From the IMG/VR virus record IMGVR_UViG_3300030047_000010: a stretch of 64,000 nucleotides of DNA. One strand, 5' to 3'. Below, in pieces: positions 19,117 through 28,603 of this stretch. The DNA is from a virus. Lineage: Duplodnaviria > Heunggongvirae > Uroviricota > Caudoviricetes. Made by a program: the position numbers and the translations under genes. A model generated the notes under the pieces. It ran no database searches and was not told the DNA's origin. It worked only from the letters and a program-made list of their open reading frames with translations. Positions within the stretch are counted from its first letter, which is position 1. Each line of letters begins with the position of its first letter.

Positions 19117-19467
19117 GGCTGACATCAACTAATTCTCATTATTTTCATCATATTTGCGCGTCAATGAGAGTTCTTGCTTACTTTGAGACATTGAGAGTAT
19201 CCTTCTTATGGCATAGCAGCACAAGTTTCTCAGAACCAACTGCTATTAAGTATCCCCAAAGAAATACGAGAATTGGCAGTCCTAACAAGGACATATCAGA
19301 ATCAGACTCCCAGGCTAAACCTATGTAGAAGAGCAATCCGGTTCCACAGTATATCAGTACGGGAAATAACAGAAGGGCAACCATTCCGAAATGAGCGCAA
19401 GCGCACATCTGTATAATTGCCTCTAGAGTACCAAGAGGAAATAGAGCAGTTGAAACTGCAATGATGT

Positions 19468-20451
19468 TCATATATCCTCCAAACTGCGCCATGAAACAAA
19501 CTTAGGAAACCTTGGCTTCTCTACAATACCGCTGGGGAAATGACGATATGTTAGTATCTTTCCTGGCAGAGTAGCACTTGCGGACCATAGGGCTTTTCTA
19601 TCCTGCAATGTCCAAACACCACGTACTGCGATACCTATATCAAACTCAACGCCGCTCTTGATATCCCTAACATGAAGTCCCCCGAGATACCCAGCAGGCA
19701 CTAATCCAGCCTTAGCACTACTGCGCTTAGCGTAGCCACGATCATCAACATCCCTTGCATTTGTATTGTGCATAGCCTCATACGCAGATATGATTTCAGC
19801 TTCAGCATCTTCCCAGATCTTCACTTTAAGAAGAAATGCTTCATTCCGGGTGGATCGTCCTTGCTTATACGGACTAGTAGGAAGTCGCAGCATGCCTCCC
19901 TCATATCCCAGAGCAAGGAAGCGACCTACATGCTCCTGCACCTCCTTGCTTGTGCGAATCAGCGTCTGTTCTACTACATGCACATGCGACTTCCACAGAA
20001 GACTAAGCTCTGTATCAGGCAGACCAGCAAGCGCGCTTTCAAAGGATTTCAAGTATTCATAGCGTTGACTAAAGGGCTCACTGCCTTGAGAGTAAGCATC
20101 AAAAGCGTAGTAGTGTGGGATGACTTGACTATCAGCTTTAGATGTGGCTGAATTGGCAGCCTGCATAGCATTAGGGTCAGTAGACTCACCTGCAATAAAC
20201 TCGCCGTCCAGCCCACTTAGAAATGTATGAGCAAAGACTTCTTGAATCTTAGCACTTCTGATTTCTTTCCATGTACGAGACATCACATGAGTGTCTATAG
20301 CGCCACGCACACCGTCTAGCTTTGTAGAGATGTACATAGGACCAACTCGGTCAAGAACAGTTTGAATCTGTTCCCAATAGTGCTGTAGGCCAGCCTCCTT
20401 GCCCTGAGAGTAGTTTAGATCGGCTACTTGATCAGCCAGCATAACTCTCAT
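19468..20451 (-). CDS. lig: ATP-dependent DNA ligase
   Basis: Motif I STKLDGVR, LDGEF, YAFD, GYEGGMLR, LLKVK, C-terminal OB fold ending RFPKF. Confidence 0.9.
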   Translation of the reverse strand: MRVMLADQVADLNYSQGKEAGLQHYWEQIQTVLDRVGPMYISTKLDGVRGAIDTHVMSRTWKEIRSAKIQEVFAHTFLSGLDGEFIAGESTDPNAMQAANSATSKADSQVIPHYYAFDAYSQGSEPFSQRYEYLKSFESALAGLPDTELSLLWKSHVHVVEQTLIRTSKEVQEHVGRFLALGYEGGMLRLPTSPYKQGRSTRNEAFLLKVKIWEDAEAEIISAYEAMHNTNARDVDDRGYAKRSSAKAGLVPAGYLGGLHVRDIKSGVEFDIGIAVRGVWTLQDRKALWSASATLPGKILTYRHFPSGIVEKPRFPKFVSWRSLEDI

Positions 20452-20957
20452 AGTATATCCCGGTCAAGAACAGTCAGGCACTGAAGAACGTTTGCCTGAG
20501 TTAAACCAACAGAGCCAGAAACACGAACAAAGTGAGCTCTCTGTTTAGCTAACATATCTGAGTCATCATCTAATATGCAATAGTGCTTAATCTCGGGATG
20601 CTCTTGTAGATATTGATCAATCTCAGCACCACGTATGCAGCCGGTGATTACGGGCGTTGCATCAACAATACATGCAGCATGATTAAAACCCAGTGTCTCC
20701 AGATACTCACTAATTTTATGAATGGACATAAACTGCCGCCAAGCGCTAGATATGATTATCGTTGCGTGCGACAACACGACTAAGTCACTCAGCAAAGCAA
20801 CAGCCAAAGGATCGCACTCAGCATAGATAGGCTTTTTGATGCCCTGAAGGAGACGTTTCTTGTATTCAAGCACAGTCCAGTCGTGACTATTTAGGACACC
20901 ATCAATATCCAGGAACAGAGCTCGATCCTTAGTATCTTGGGATTTGATCTTCGTCAT
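20448..20957 (-). CDS. HAD-superfamily phosphatase (RNA-repair-associated type)
   Basis: LFLDIDGVLN, ISSAWR, RGAEI, ILDDDSDM. Confidence 0.85.
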   Translation of the reverse strand: MTKIKSQDTKDRALFLDIDGVLNSHDWTVLEYKKRLLQGIKKPIYAECDPLAVALLSDLVVLSHATIIISSAWRQFMSIHKISEYLETLGFNHAACIVDATPVITGCIRGAEIDQYLQEHPEIKHYCILDDDSDMLAKQRAHFVRVSGSVGLTQANVLQCLTVLDRDIL

Positions 20958-21168
20958 ACGGGCTTTTTCGTGGGATGCTTATTTGAGATCTGATAGAACT
21001 TACTCGGATCAGCAGCCTGCAGTTCTGCCAACTTAGTATCAGACGTGGAAATAACTGTGTCTTTAACACGCAGCCATTTGCTGATAGTGTCATTGAAGTA
21101 CCAAATGGTAGTCAAAGCTTCCATGTTAAACAAACCTGTCTGTTAAACAAATGTTAAACGTGAGCAGT

Positions 21169-22134
21169 TTATCTGTGCGTCTGCTCATACTTGTTATTGT
21201 ACATCACAATACAGTCCAAGCAATTCTTTTGGCAGATAGGATCTTTGTGCGTATCATGCCGAGCAACCCACTCCTCACGCTCTTTGCGCATATGTGGTCC
21301 TACTTCCCCAATAGGATCACCCAGTTCTCGCATGTGAATCACACAAGGGAAATGATGATTACCCATGACAACCATGTCATCCAAGGCAATCCAGCATTTA
21401 TGTGAATCGTGTTCACCAATACCCCGGACATTGATTCCGTTAATCGCATTTTCAATACGATATTTGAGAATTTTATGACGATCACGAATTTCAACAGGTA
21501 CTGTTTTTGATACCTCCAACAACTCGTTATATTGTGCTGCAGAAATGATTCGAATATCTGCCACCCCTAGAGAGTCAGCAAATTCAACAGTGGACTTAAG
21601 TTCAGTTACTGTTTCTTCTGTTACTACAACTCCAACAGTAACGTAAGTGAGCTTGGCTAAAGCTTTAATGTTTTCAATGACATGTTCCCAAGCACCTTCA
21701 ATGCCACCGGCCATCTTGTCACCATAAGCAGCACAGCAAGCATCTAGGGAGATACTAAAGTCATTAACTCCAGCAGCGATCAATTCAACGTAAGTTTCGT
21801 AAGAAGATGATCCATTTGTAGAGATGGCAATATTCTCAATTCCAACTTCTTTAGCATGTGCGACCAATGCTGTGAGGTCTTTCCACACAGTTGGTTCTCC
21901 ACCAGAGAAACGAATACTTTTCAAATTATCCGCCGCCCACAAATCAACTACGCGAGCAGCCTCTTCATAGGTAAGATGCTTTTTGAGATCCTTACGCTGC
22001 CCCCGACAATAAGGACACTTGAAATTATAAGCACTGGTCAAAATCAACTCACCCCGCATCATACGAGATGTAGCCGACGCTGCAGCGCAACGATCATCAG
22101 ATAGAGTGTAAAAGCCAATGTCTTCAAGTTTCAT
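21169..22134 (-). CDS. radical SAM protein with substituted first cluster cysteine
   Basis: TSAYNFKCPYC (YxxxCxxC), FSGGEP, ISTNG, ISLD, Cys-rich C-terminus; start reassigned to ATG 22134 behind a promoter. Confidence 0.85.
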   Translation of the reverse strand: MKLEDIGFYTLSDDRCAAASATSRMMRGELILTSAYNFKCPYCRGQRKDLKKHLTYEEAARVVDLWAADNLKSIRFSGGEPTVWKDLTALVAHAKEVGIENIAISTNGSSSYETYVELIAAGVNDFSISLDACCAAYGDKMAGGIEGAWEHVIENIKALAKLTYVTVGVVVTEETVTELKSTVEFADSLGVADIRIISAAQYNELLEVSKTVPVEIRDRHKILKYRIENAINGINVRGIGEHDSHKCWIALDDMVVMGNHHFPCVIHMRELGDPIGEVGPHMRKEREEWVARHDTHKDPICQKNCLDCIVMYNNKYEQTHR

Positions 22135-22505
22135 AGTACAAATATACTTCACATATGTAATTTTGTCAACATACAAGCCAAGTAATAATTATTCCTTAAA
22201 ACTTAGACTGTACGAGATGTGCGGTGAATAGCAGCTCTAATCACCGCAAGATGTGCGGCGAATAGGGCTACGACGGAGCATTAACCAAGGAGATAGGATG
22301 AAGAACTTCACCGGAAGCTTTAGAAATGAAGCCTACTCCAGTAACGTCATTCACCTGTTCCAGAATTTGAAGACCCGTGTCAAGAGCAAAGCGCATAGCT
22401 GCGGCATGGTCACAATTGTATCGTGCCATAATACCTAGAATGCTACGCTCTGCTTTAGCGGTACAGTCAAATGCCAGTATGTGAATAGCCATTAATCAAT
22501 TCCTC

Positions 22506-22808
22506 TCAATTGATTGTTTGCGGAATGACAGGCACAAAATCTTCTAAAAGGTGAGCTCGTTTCTTTCGCATAGCTGTTAGGTAGTCTTTGTAGAATGGAC
22601 CTAAATGAACATAGATCTCACCCCCGAACAACGAATGACTCTGCTGAGCATCAACAACATATACAGTTGTCTGCGCCTTCAAACTGAAAGCACGAGCAAC
22701 AGCAATAGCCTCGTCGTGATTATCTGAGCGGGAATATGGATCCCATGGTGGAAAATCAGACTCCAAAGAGTAGACTAAATAACGCAGCGTAGGATCAGTA
22801 CCCAACAT
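22506..22808 (-). CDS. hypothetical protein
   Basis: 100-aa ORF in the early-gene run. Confidence 0.5.
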   Translation of the reverse strand: MLGTDPTLRYLVYSLESDFPPWDPYSRSDNHDEAIAVARAFSLKAQTTVYVVDAQQSHSLFGGEIYVHLGPFYKDYLTAMRKKRAHLLEDFVPVIPQTIN

Positions 22809-22994
22809 ATCAGACGATCATCGCTATAGAAAAGCAAATGGCTACGCCAGCAACTAGTACAAGAGTAATACCCAAAATGGTACCAATAGCTCCGAGTAAA
22901 AGCCACTCAACATAGTCCAAAGATTTGATTTTCAGAACAAGCTCCAGCATAAGCATTATCTACATCAGTTCTGTTAACTTGTCAAGGCTAAATT

Positions 22995-23228
22995 TCAATA
23001 TTTAATCATAGCAACAAAGCGATTTACCAGAAAAGTCAGAAACGCACAAGCACAACCCGCGCCGCAGATTTTAGCAGTAAGCAACAGATAATAAAAAATG
23101 TGCGGTTCGTGCAAGCCAAGAAGCCAGTTCAAAGGACTGAGAGCAATCAGGAGCATACAGGCGACAAAAGCAATCTCGCTTACCGCCTTAAACATACGAT
23201 AAGCAGTCGCAGTAAAACTCAAAAACAT
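22995..23228 (-). CDS. small membrane protein
   Basis: Two hydrophobic segments, GGAGG RBS. Confidence 0.55.
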   Translation of the reverse strand: MFLSFTATAYRMFKAVSEIAFVACMLLIALSPLNWLLGLHEPHIFYYLLLTAKICGAGCACAFLTFLVNRFVAMIKY

Positions 23229-23266
23229 AGAACACCTCCCTTGGATTAAATTTTAAGCTTTAAGCT

Positions 23267-23665
23267 TTAAGCATTAAACGGAACAGCCGTTACCACACCA
23301 AACACAGTTTCATAGGGAATACGTTCCCAATGAGTGATCTGATTTGATTCCACAGGTTTTGCACCAGGAGCCACAGCCAGAGTAATGTGCTTGATCTCTT
23401 TAGCACTATGCACATCGGTAACAACACGAAGAGCAACAGCTCGATCTGAAATACCGATTGCATGAATGATCATAGAGTGATTTTCACCCAGCATGAAGAA
23501 AGCATCCGCCTGCAGATCTTTACGCCTGTCTGCGGCATGTACGATTGTCATGTGATGGCAAAACAAACGCCAACCTGTGGGGATGTAGTTGGCGTAGATC
23601 CGCACAAGACGTTCATGGGTAGAAGGTTCAAGAACAAGTCCATAGTACTCAATGTTGTTCTTCAT
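23267..23665 (-). CDS. 2H phosphoesterase family protein
   Basis: Two HxT motifs (HHMTI, KHITL) and AKPVESN tail. Confidence 0.7.
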   Translation of the reverse strand: MKNNIEYYGLVLEPSTHERLVRIYANYIPTGWRLFCHHMTIVHAADRRKDLQADAFFMLGENHSMIIHAIGISDRAVALRVVTDVHSAKEIKHITLAVAPGAKPVESNQITHWERIPYETVFGVVTAVPFNA

Positions 23666-23719
23666 AAATCAAAATATACATTATTTTTGCACTTTTGTCA
23701 AGCACAATCAAATGAAAGT

Positions 23720-24049
23720 CTAATTCAATAGAGGCCGATCACCGCCAATAACATAGCCGGATCCCCATCCAATGTTTAGCCATAATTGCCCGTGAATACC
23801 GCTGCGTGATACATCAGCACTATAGCCATCGGCATGAAGTGAGGCCGGTACATCAGAAATAGGAGGTGTTTGCGCATTACATGGCAGGCTAATATGATCT
23901 TCTCGTGCTTCTGCACGCTCGTACATCATACCATGAATAGTATCCATGTAGGTAGCTAGCAACTCAGTAGCATTATCATTGTTCGTCACAGTACGCAAAA
24001 AACTTGCAGGATATCTCATGTCAGATCCCAATAAACGCCAAGAGCCCAA
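23720..24049 (-). CDS. hypothetical protein
   Basis: 109-aa ORF. Confidence 0.45.
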   Translation of the reverse strand: MGSWRLLGSDMRYPASFLRTVTNNDNATELLATYMDTIHGMMYERAEAREDHISLPCNAQTPPISDVPASLHADGYSADVSRSGIHGQLWLNIGWGSGYVIGGDRPLLN

Positions 24050-24300
24050 CTACCGGAGCCACCTTGAGTATATCCTACACGGTAACCTAATTTTTCTAAA
24101 GCAGCGTTTATATCTGATCGAGCAGGATCGTGGCAAGTACATAGGATTTTTACAGAGTACAGACCTGATTTAGCAGCAGTATTACAGCAGGACAAAACAT
24201 AATCAATGAAAGTTCCTAAAGATACATCCATCCCCTTTGCAATCTTATGCAAATTTTCTGCGGTTCGTATTTCCGGTGTAAAATCAGCAAACTCTGTCAT
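24016..24300 (-). CDS. hypothetical protein
   Basis: 94-aa ORF overlapping the stop of the upstream gene. Confidence 0.5.
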   Translation of the reverse strand: MTEFADFTPEIRTAENLHKIAKGMDVSLGTFIDYVLSCCNTAAKSGLYSVKILCTCHDPARSDINAALEKLGYRVGYTQGGSGSWALGVYWDLT

Positions 24301-24836
24301 ACAATTTCCAGTCGAGAAGGAAATCTAAGACTTAGATAGAAATGAATTTTTGCTATGTCAGTAGCACCTGTTAGGAACAATTCAGCAGATACTACAGATT
24401 TTAAGTGCGCTGCTTGCCATTCTGGAAATGTCCTAACAATGGCTCTAAGCTGACTACGACTAAATCTATGATATGCGGAATAAGTAGTTGCTAGAACTTG
24501 AGTATCGGAATCAGACATCTCATCGGTATCCCAAATAGCTCCCTTGCGTATATCCACATCATTAGGCGTTACATCCAAACACAGACGACAGTAAACCACA
24601 TCCGGCGTAGTTACATATGCCTTGATGTGCCTAGTAAGTAGGTCACGAGTACTCACCGGCTCAAATCCAGTAGCTGTTCGGATATAAGTATCTTCCGATA
24701 TGGTTCTTCCGTATTCTCGCAAATGTGACACATCGGCAAGAAACAACCAAGCTAAAGCCGTAGATATCTTGACAGAACTATTAGATTCTCTACAAAAATA
24801 AGACAATGCCTGTATTGTCTTTTTGACTTGAAACAT
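24297..24836 (-). CDS. Panacea/SocA (DUF4065)-like antitoxin-domain protein
   Basis: KTIQALSYF...LFLADVSHLREYGRTISEDTY...EPVS...MSDSDTQVL follows the Panacea pattern, degenerate at the GPV motif. Confidence 0.6.
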   Translation of the reverse strand: MFQVKKTIQALSYFCRESNSSVKISTALAWLFLADVSHLREYGRTISEDTYIRTATGFEPVSTRDLLTRHIKAYVTTPDVVYCRLCLDVTPNDVDIRKGAIWDTDEMSDSDTQVLATTYSAYHRFSRSQLRAIVRTFPEWQAAHLKSVVSAELFLTGATDIAKIHFYLSLRFPSRLEIV

Positions 24837-25276
24837 TATTGCTCCAACATCCCAATATCTTGTCGCTTCCAGTATTGGACATAGTCCAGAACTTCACGAA
24901 GCACACCGTACTTCTTACCATTTTGAATCAATAGATGAACACTGAACTTGTTATTCTTCGTCAGGGAAGATTGAATTGCTTGACTGAATGCTCGTTTAGC
25001 GCTGTCAGAGCAAGAAGAACTCGCAGATGCTTGGACAGCAACCGGATCTATATTTTGTGAATCCCATGGCTTATTATCTGCGGCGTGTACCAGAGCAAAC
25101 GCAAAGATTACACTGCCAAAAATAGTACGGTACATAGCCTGTCCTTTAGAAGTCAAACACGTCAAACAGAAGACCGAGACCCCCCAGAGCAATTCCAGCA
25201 GCGCCAGCAACCAGCGTACTAGGTATGCCACCAAGAGCATCATCGACAGCAAGCACAATACCAGCAGTAACTGCAA
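24836..25276 (-). CDS. hypothetical membrane/secreted protein
   Basis: Hydrophobic N-terminus; start uncertain. Confidence 0.45.
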   Translation of the reverse strand: MQLLLVLCLLSMMLLVAYLVRWLLALLELLWGVSVFCLTCLTSKGQAMYRTIFGSVIFAFALVHAADNKPWDSQNIDPVAVQASASSSCSDSAKRAFSQAIQSSLTKNNKFSVHLLIQNGKKYGVLREVLDYVQYWKRQDIGMLEQ

Positions 25277-25417
25277 AAGGAACTAAAAGAAGCTCAGCAG
25301 CACTTGTATCTGGACAAACAGTGCCTTTCTTTGTAACATCATCTGCAAACTTGCAAGCGTTGTCACGAGACAGACCACGTGAAATTCCATAATCCACCAA
25401 CTGACCGTAACTTAAGC

Positions 25418-25774
25418 TCATGGGTTCTCCTTTAGGATCTTAGTCATAGTCTCGTTAAATTTACACAGCTTTTCATGCAATGCGATATCCAAATCAGACT
25501 TAGAAATTCCATAAAAGCGCATCATTTGATCAAACAGAATTAGACAATCAGCTAATTCTTCGGCAATGCCAGCATTTACAGTAACTCGTCCCCGCATACG
25601 CTTCATCAGCTCAATGGTTAATTCAGCAACTTCTTCGGAGAATTGATTTAGCTGACGTTGTATGCCTTCTTGCTGGAACAATTTAATATAGTGCTGCTGT
25701 GCCTCCTGAGCTAAAGTATAATTATCAAGTACGGCCGTATCCCAGGTTGTTAGCGCGGTCAGCAGAGAATGCAT
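25418..25774 (-). CDS. MazG-like nucleotide pyrophosphohydrolase
   Basis: QFSEEVAEL...IAEELADCLI (EExxE/EExxD). Confidence 0.75.
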   Translation of the reverse strand: MHSLLTALTTWDTAVLDNYTLAQEAQQHYIKLFQQEGIQRQLNQFSEEVAELTIELMKRMRGRVTVNAGIAEELADCLILFDQMMRFYGISKSDLDIALHEKLCKFNETMTKILKENP

Positions 25775-25789
25775 GTTGTGTCTCCTTAA

Positions 25790-26437
25790 CTAAGGAACAG
25801 TATTGTTAAAGAATTCAATGATCAAAACACCCATCTGATCGCGATTGCTGGTATATAGAAACATGTCTTTACAGGATATTCGGCTATGCCGAATAGTAGG
25901 TGATTCAAATACACGTTTCAACAGATGCTCAAAGTCTTGTACGTCTTTCTTATGTCGCATAGTTGCCTGCAAATCTGCCGTTACAGCGAGAAGAACTTGA
26001 CCATGGTACTTCAAGCTCTGCTGCACTAAACTAAAAATAGCCTGCAAATTGCTTAGAAGCTCCGGCCCAAAAGTAGATGTATACAAATCGTAAACGATGT
26101 ACCTAATTGGATCGCGATACTGTAGACAGAACTCACGCCAATCTTGACAGAAGAACTGAGCTTTTGGGAATTTAGTGCGGCACTGCTCGATGTTCTGACG
26201 TGATCCTGCAATATCCCTAGGGTTCTTGTCTAACCCAATCAGGCTAGCTTCATCTATACGCCCGGTTGCTAGTAATGAATCAAATGTTAAAGCACCTGCC
26301 CCAATGGGCTCAAGCCACTTACCATGGAAATCACCAAGAGAATGAATATCGAATTGGCCCTGAACATACTTGCGGTATTCCTGCTTGCCATGAGAAGCAT
26401 AAACAAACTCAGGTGACGTTGTCTTAGTCTTAGGCAT
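25790..26437 (-). CDS. putative class I SAM-dependent methyltransferase-fold protein
   Basis: WLEPIGAG (motif I-like), LIGLDKN, FFCQDW, YIVYDLY at Rossmann strand spacing. Confidence 0.5.
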   Translation of the reverse strand: MPKTKTTSPEFVYASHGKQEYRKYVQGQFDIHSLGDFHGKWLEPIGAGALTFDSLLATGRIDEASLIGLDKNPRDIAGSRQNIEQCRTKFPKAQFFCQDWREFCLQYRDPIRYIVYDLYTSTFGPELLSNLQAIFSLVQQSLKYHGQVLLAVTADLQATMRHKKDVQDFEHLLKRVFESPTIRHSRISCKDMFLYTSNRDQMGVLIIEFFNNTVP

Positions 26438-28602
26438 CCAAGACTTCTCCTATATGTAGTTCCTGTATGATACTAGCAGTGTGCTGAGAAGCAACTACAG
26501 TCATTTTGTCCTTATAGATTCTGTAGAATTTATAGGCGGACCTCTCTTCTAGATCAGAAGAAATCTGGGGTAGCCTTCCATGCGCCTTCACCCAAGATGC
26601 CAAAGGTACAAAACGCTGAAGAGTTAGCAAGGTACCATTGTTACAAACAAGAGGATCATTCCAGTTATCAGCAAAAATGCGACTAGACAACCCAGCAGCA
26701 TCTAACAGCGCACGAGCCTCTAAACTGGGACGTTTAACTGCGGGCAGCACCGTACTGAGCAGATTACGCAGCCGAAACTCTTCAAACGATGGGTAGTTGA
26801 TATGATCGTCACGACGAAGGCTACCCGTGCTGAAAGCCTGAACTAGACCGTCAGCTTTTTCCAGATCTGTCCTGTCTCTAAGTTTCTCCCAGCGATCAGA
26901 CCACTCGGTCAAAACGCGACTATCAATAGTTGTCACAAACTGATCTATTTCTTCATCAGCATACTGCTCTGCAAGCATATGAAGGTAAAAGTCGGCAATC
27001 TCAAATGACGGCGTACTTCCCGGCTTATGCTTTCCGCCTTTGTGATTTCGTGTACGCCGTTCAATGATAGACTCCATGTGCTCCAATAACTTATCAGGAT
27101 GATTCTTAAGCTGTTGATACATAGCCAATTTAACAACGTTTGAGTCCATTCCATACTGCTGAATTAGCTTAGGAAGAGTTACTCCTTGCTGAGTCTCATA
27201 GGCCAGCGTAACTTGAGCATCTAAGTCGGCAAGAGCCTCACACATAGTTGTTTCAGCGTCATCTTCCAAGGCATCCGCAAATTCAGCATAACTTTGTGCT
27301 AATTTAATATCACCTGAATTGTCTGCTTGCCGCCTGCGCATACGCAGTTCGCCGATCATAGCTTTGATTGGTGGCAGAGTAGCAGCAGCTAAAGGATTCT
27401 CTGTTCGGAGAATGTACTTTAGAACATCACAGGAAAATTCTATCAGGGCGCCAGCAGCCGAAGAAGTATGGAATATCTGTTTAGACTTAAATCTAAACTG
27501 CACAGGCAGATATCCTTCAGGTTTCTCGCGAAGAGTCCTACCCGGAATCTGAACGCTAAGAATAGAGGACTTCGGACGAACAAAGTATTGAATACAGGCT
27601 AGCCTGGGATCATCCACACCCTCACGGTATTTGCCTGTGGTTGGCGTGAATTGAATATCGTGATAGGTATCACCACGGCACTCTTTGGTGATAATATCTG
27701 TCTTAGAATCGCCCAGAGTATTCAACAAAGAAATATCTGTACGTGGCACAAGTTTGTAGCACTCGTCTATGATCTTATCGACGTATTCCTCCGTTGTACC
27801 GCAAGCCCGGCATGACGGTGTAGCAGGTACAACAACAAGACTCTTGACTCGATCATTTGCTAAAAACGTCTCAATCGTTTTACGTGCCACAAACTCAGGC
27901 GAAGGGAGTCCGTTCTCCATAGGCCAGATATCGCTATAGATGATCTCATTTTCCAGGCGAGGTGCAAAGCCTTCTTCAATATGCTGACTAAGCGGACGTA
28001 TACGAGACTTTGTCTTATTCTTTAAGATGAACTCCCACGAACCGGTAGATACAAACGGCGTTGCTGTCAGTAGCAGCATTCGAGCACCTTTATCTACAGC
28101 ACACTGTACGACACTCGTCAGGTTATTCAGCATTAAGGTGATGTGCTTCATCAACTACAATAAGTAAATCTGAGCAGTCGTCCAACTGCTCAAAAGCATG
28201 AGCATCTTCAGCTTTTGCGTTAGCCAAAGATGCGTGACATGCAATATAGGCACCCACACGATCTGTCTGCAGCATAGCTAGAAGAGCACCATCTGTTGTC
28301 TGAAAGTCTAGTGGCCGAACGCCACCGTTCTGAAGCCAGCTAAACGAGTCAGACGTATACGTTACGCCGTAGTCCCGATCACGTGCAAACCCAAAACGGA
28401 TTGCTATCAATGGTGTCAGTACCAGAATTTTCTTGATCCCTAGACTAGGACATTCCAGAGCAAACCGACTAATCAAATGGGCCTGCATAGACTTTCCTGC
28501 ACCCGGTGGCTGCCCAATCAACAAATGTGGACGCTGCGGATTAGCCAGTACATGGAAAGCCCACGTAAGTGTCTCTTCCTGATACTTGCGAAGCTTTTTC
28601 AC
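26430..28602 (-). CDS. SF2 DExH helicase (Res/RadD-like) with helicase-associated C-terminal domain, split by a +1 frameshift at ~28125
   Basis: ORF 28123-28617: LRKYQ, GQPPGAGKS (Walker A), IVVDEAHH (Walker B). ORF 26430-28154 continues with LLLTATP (III), REGVDDP (V), QIPGRTLR (VI) and LASWVKAHGRLP (HA-like). Confidence 0.85.
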
Positions 28603-28603
28603 T

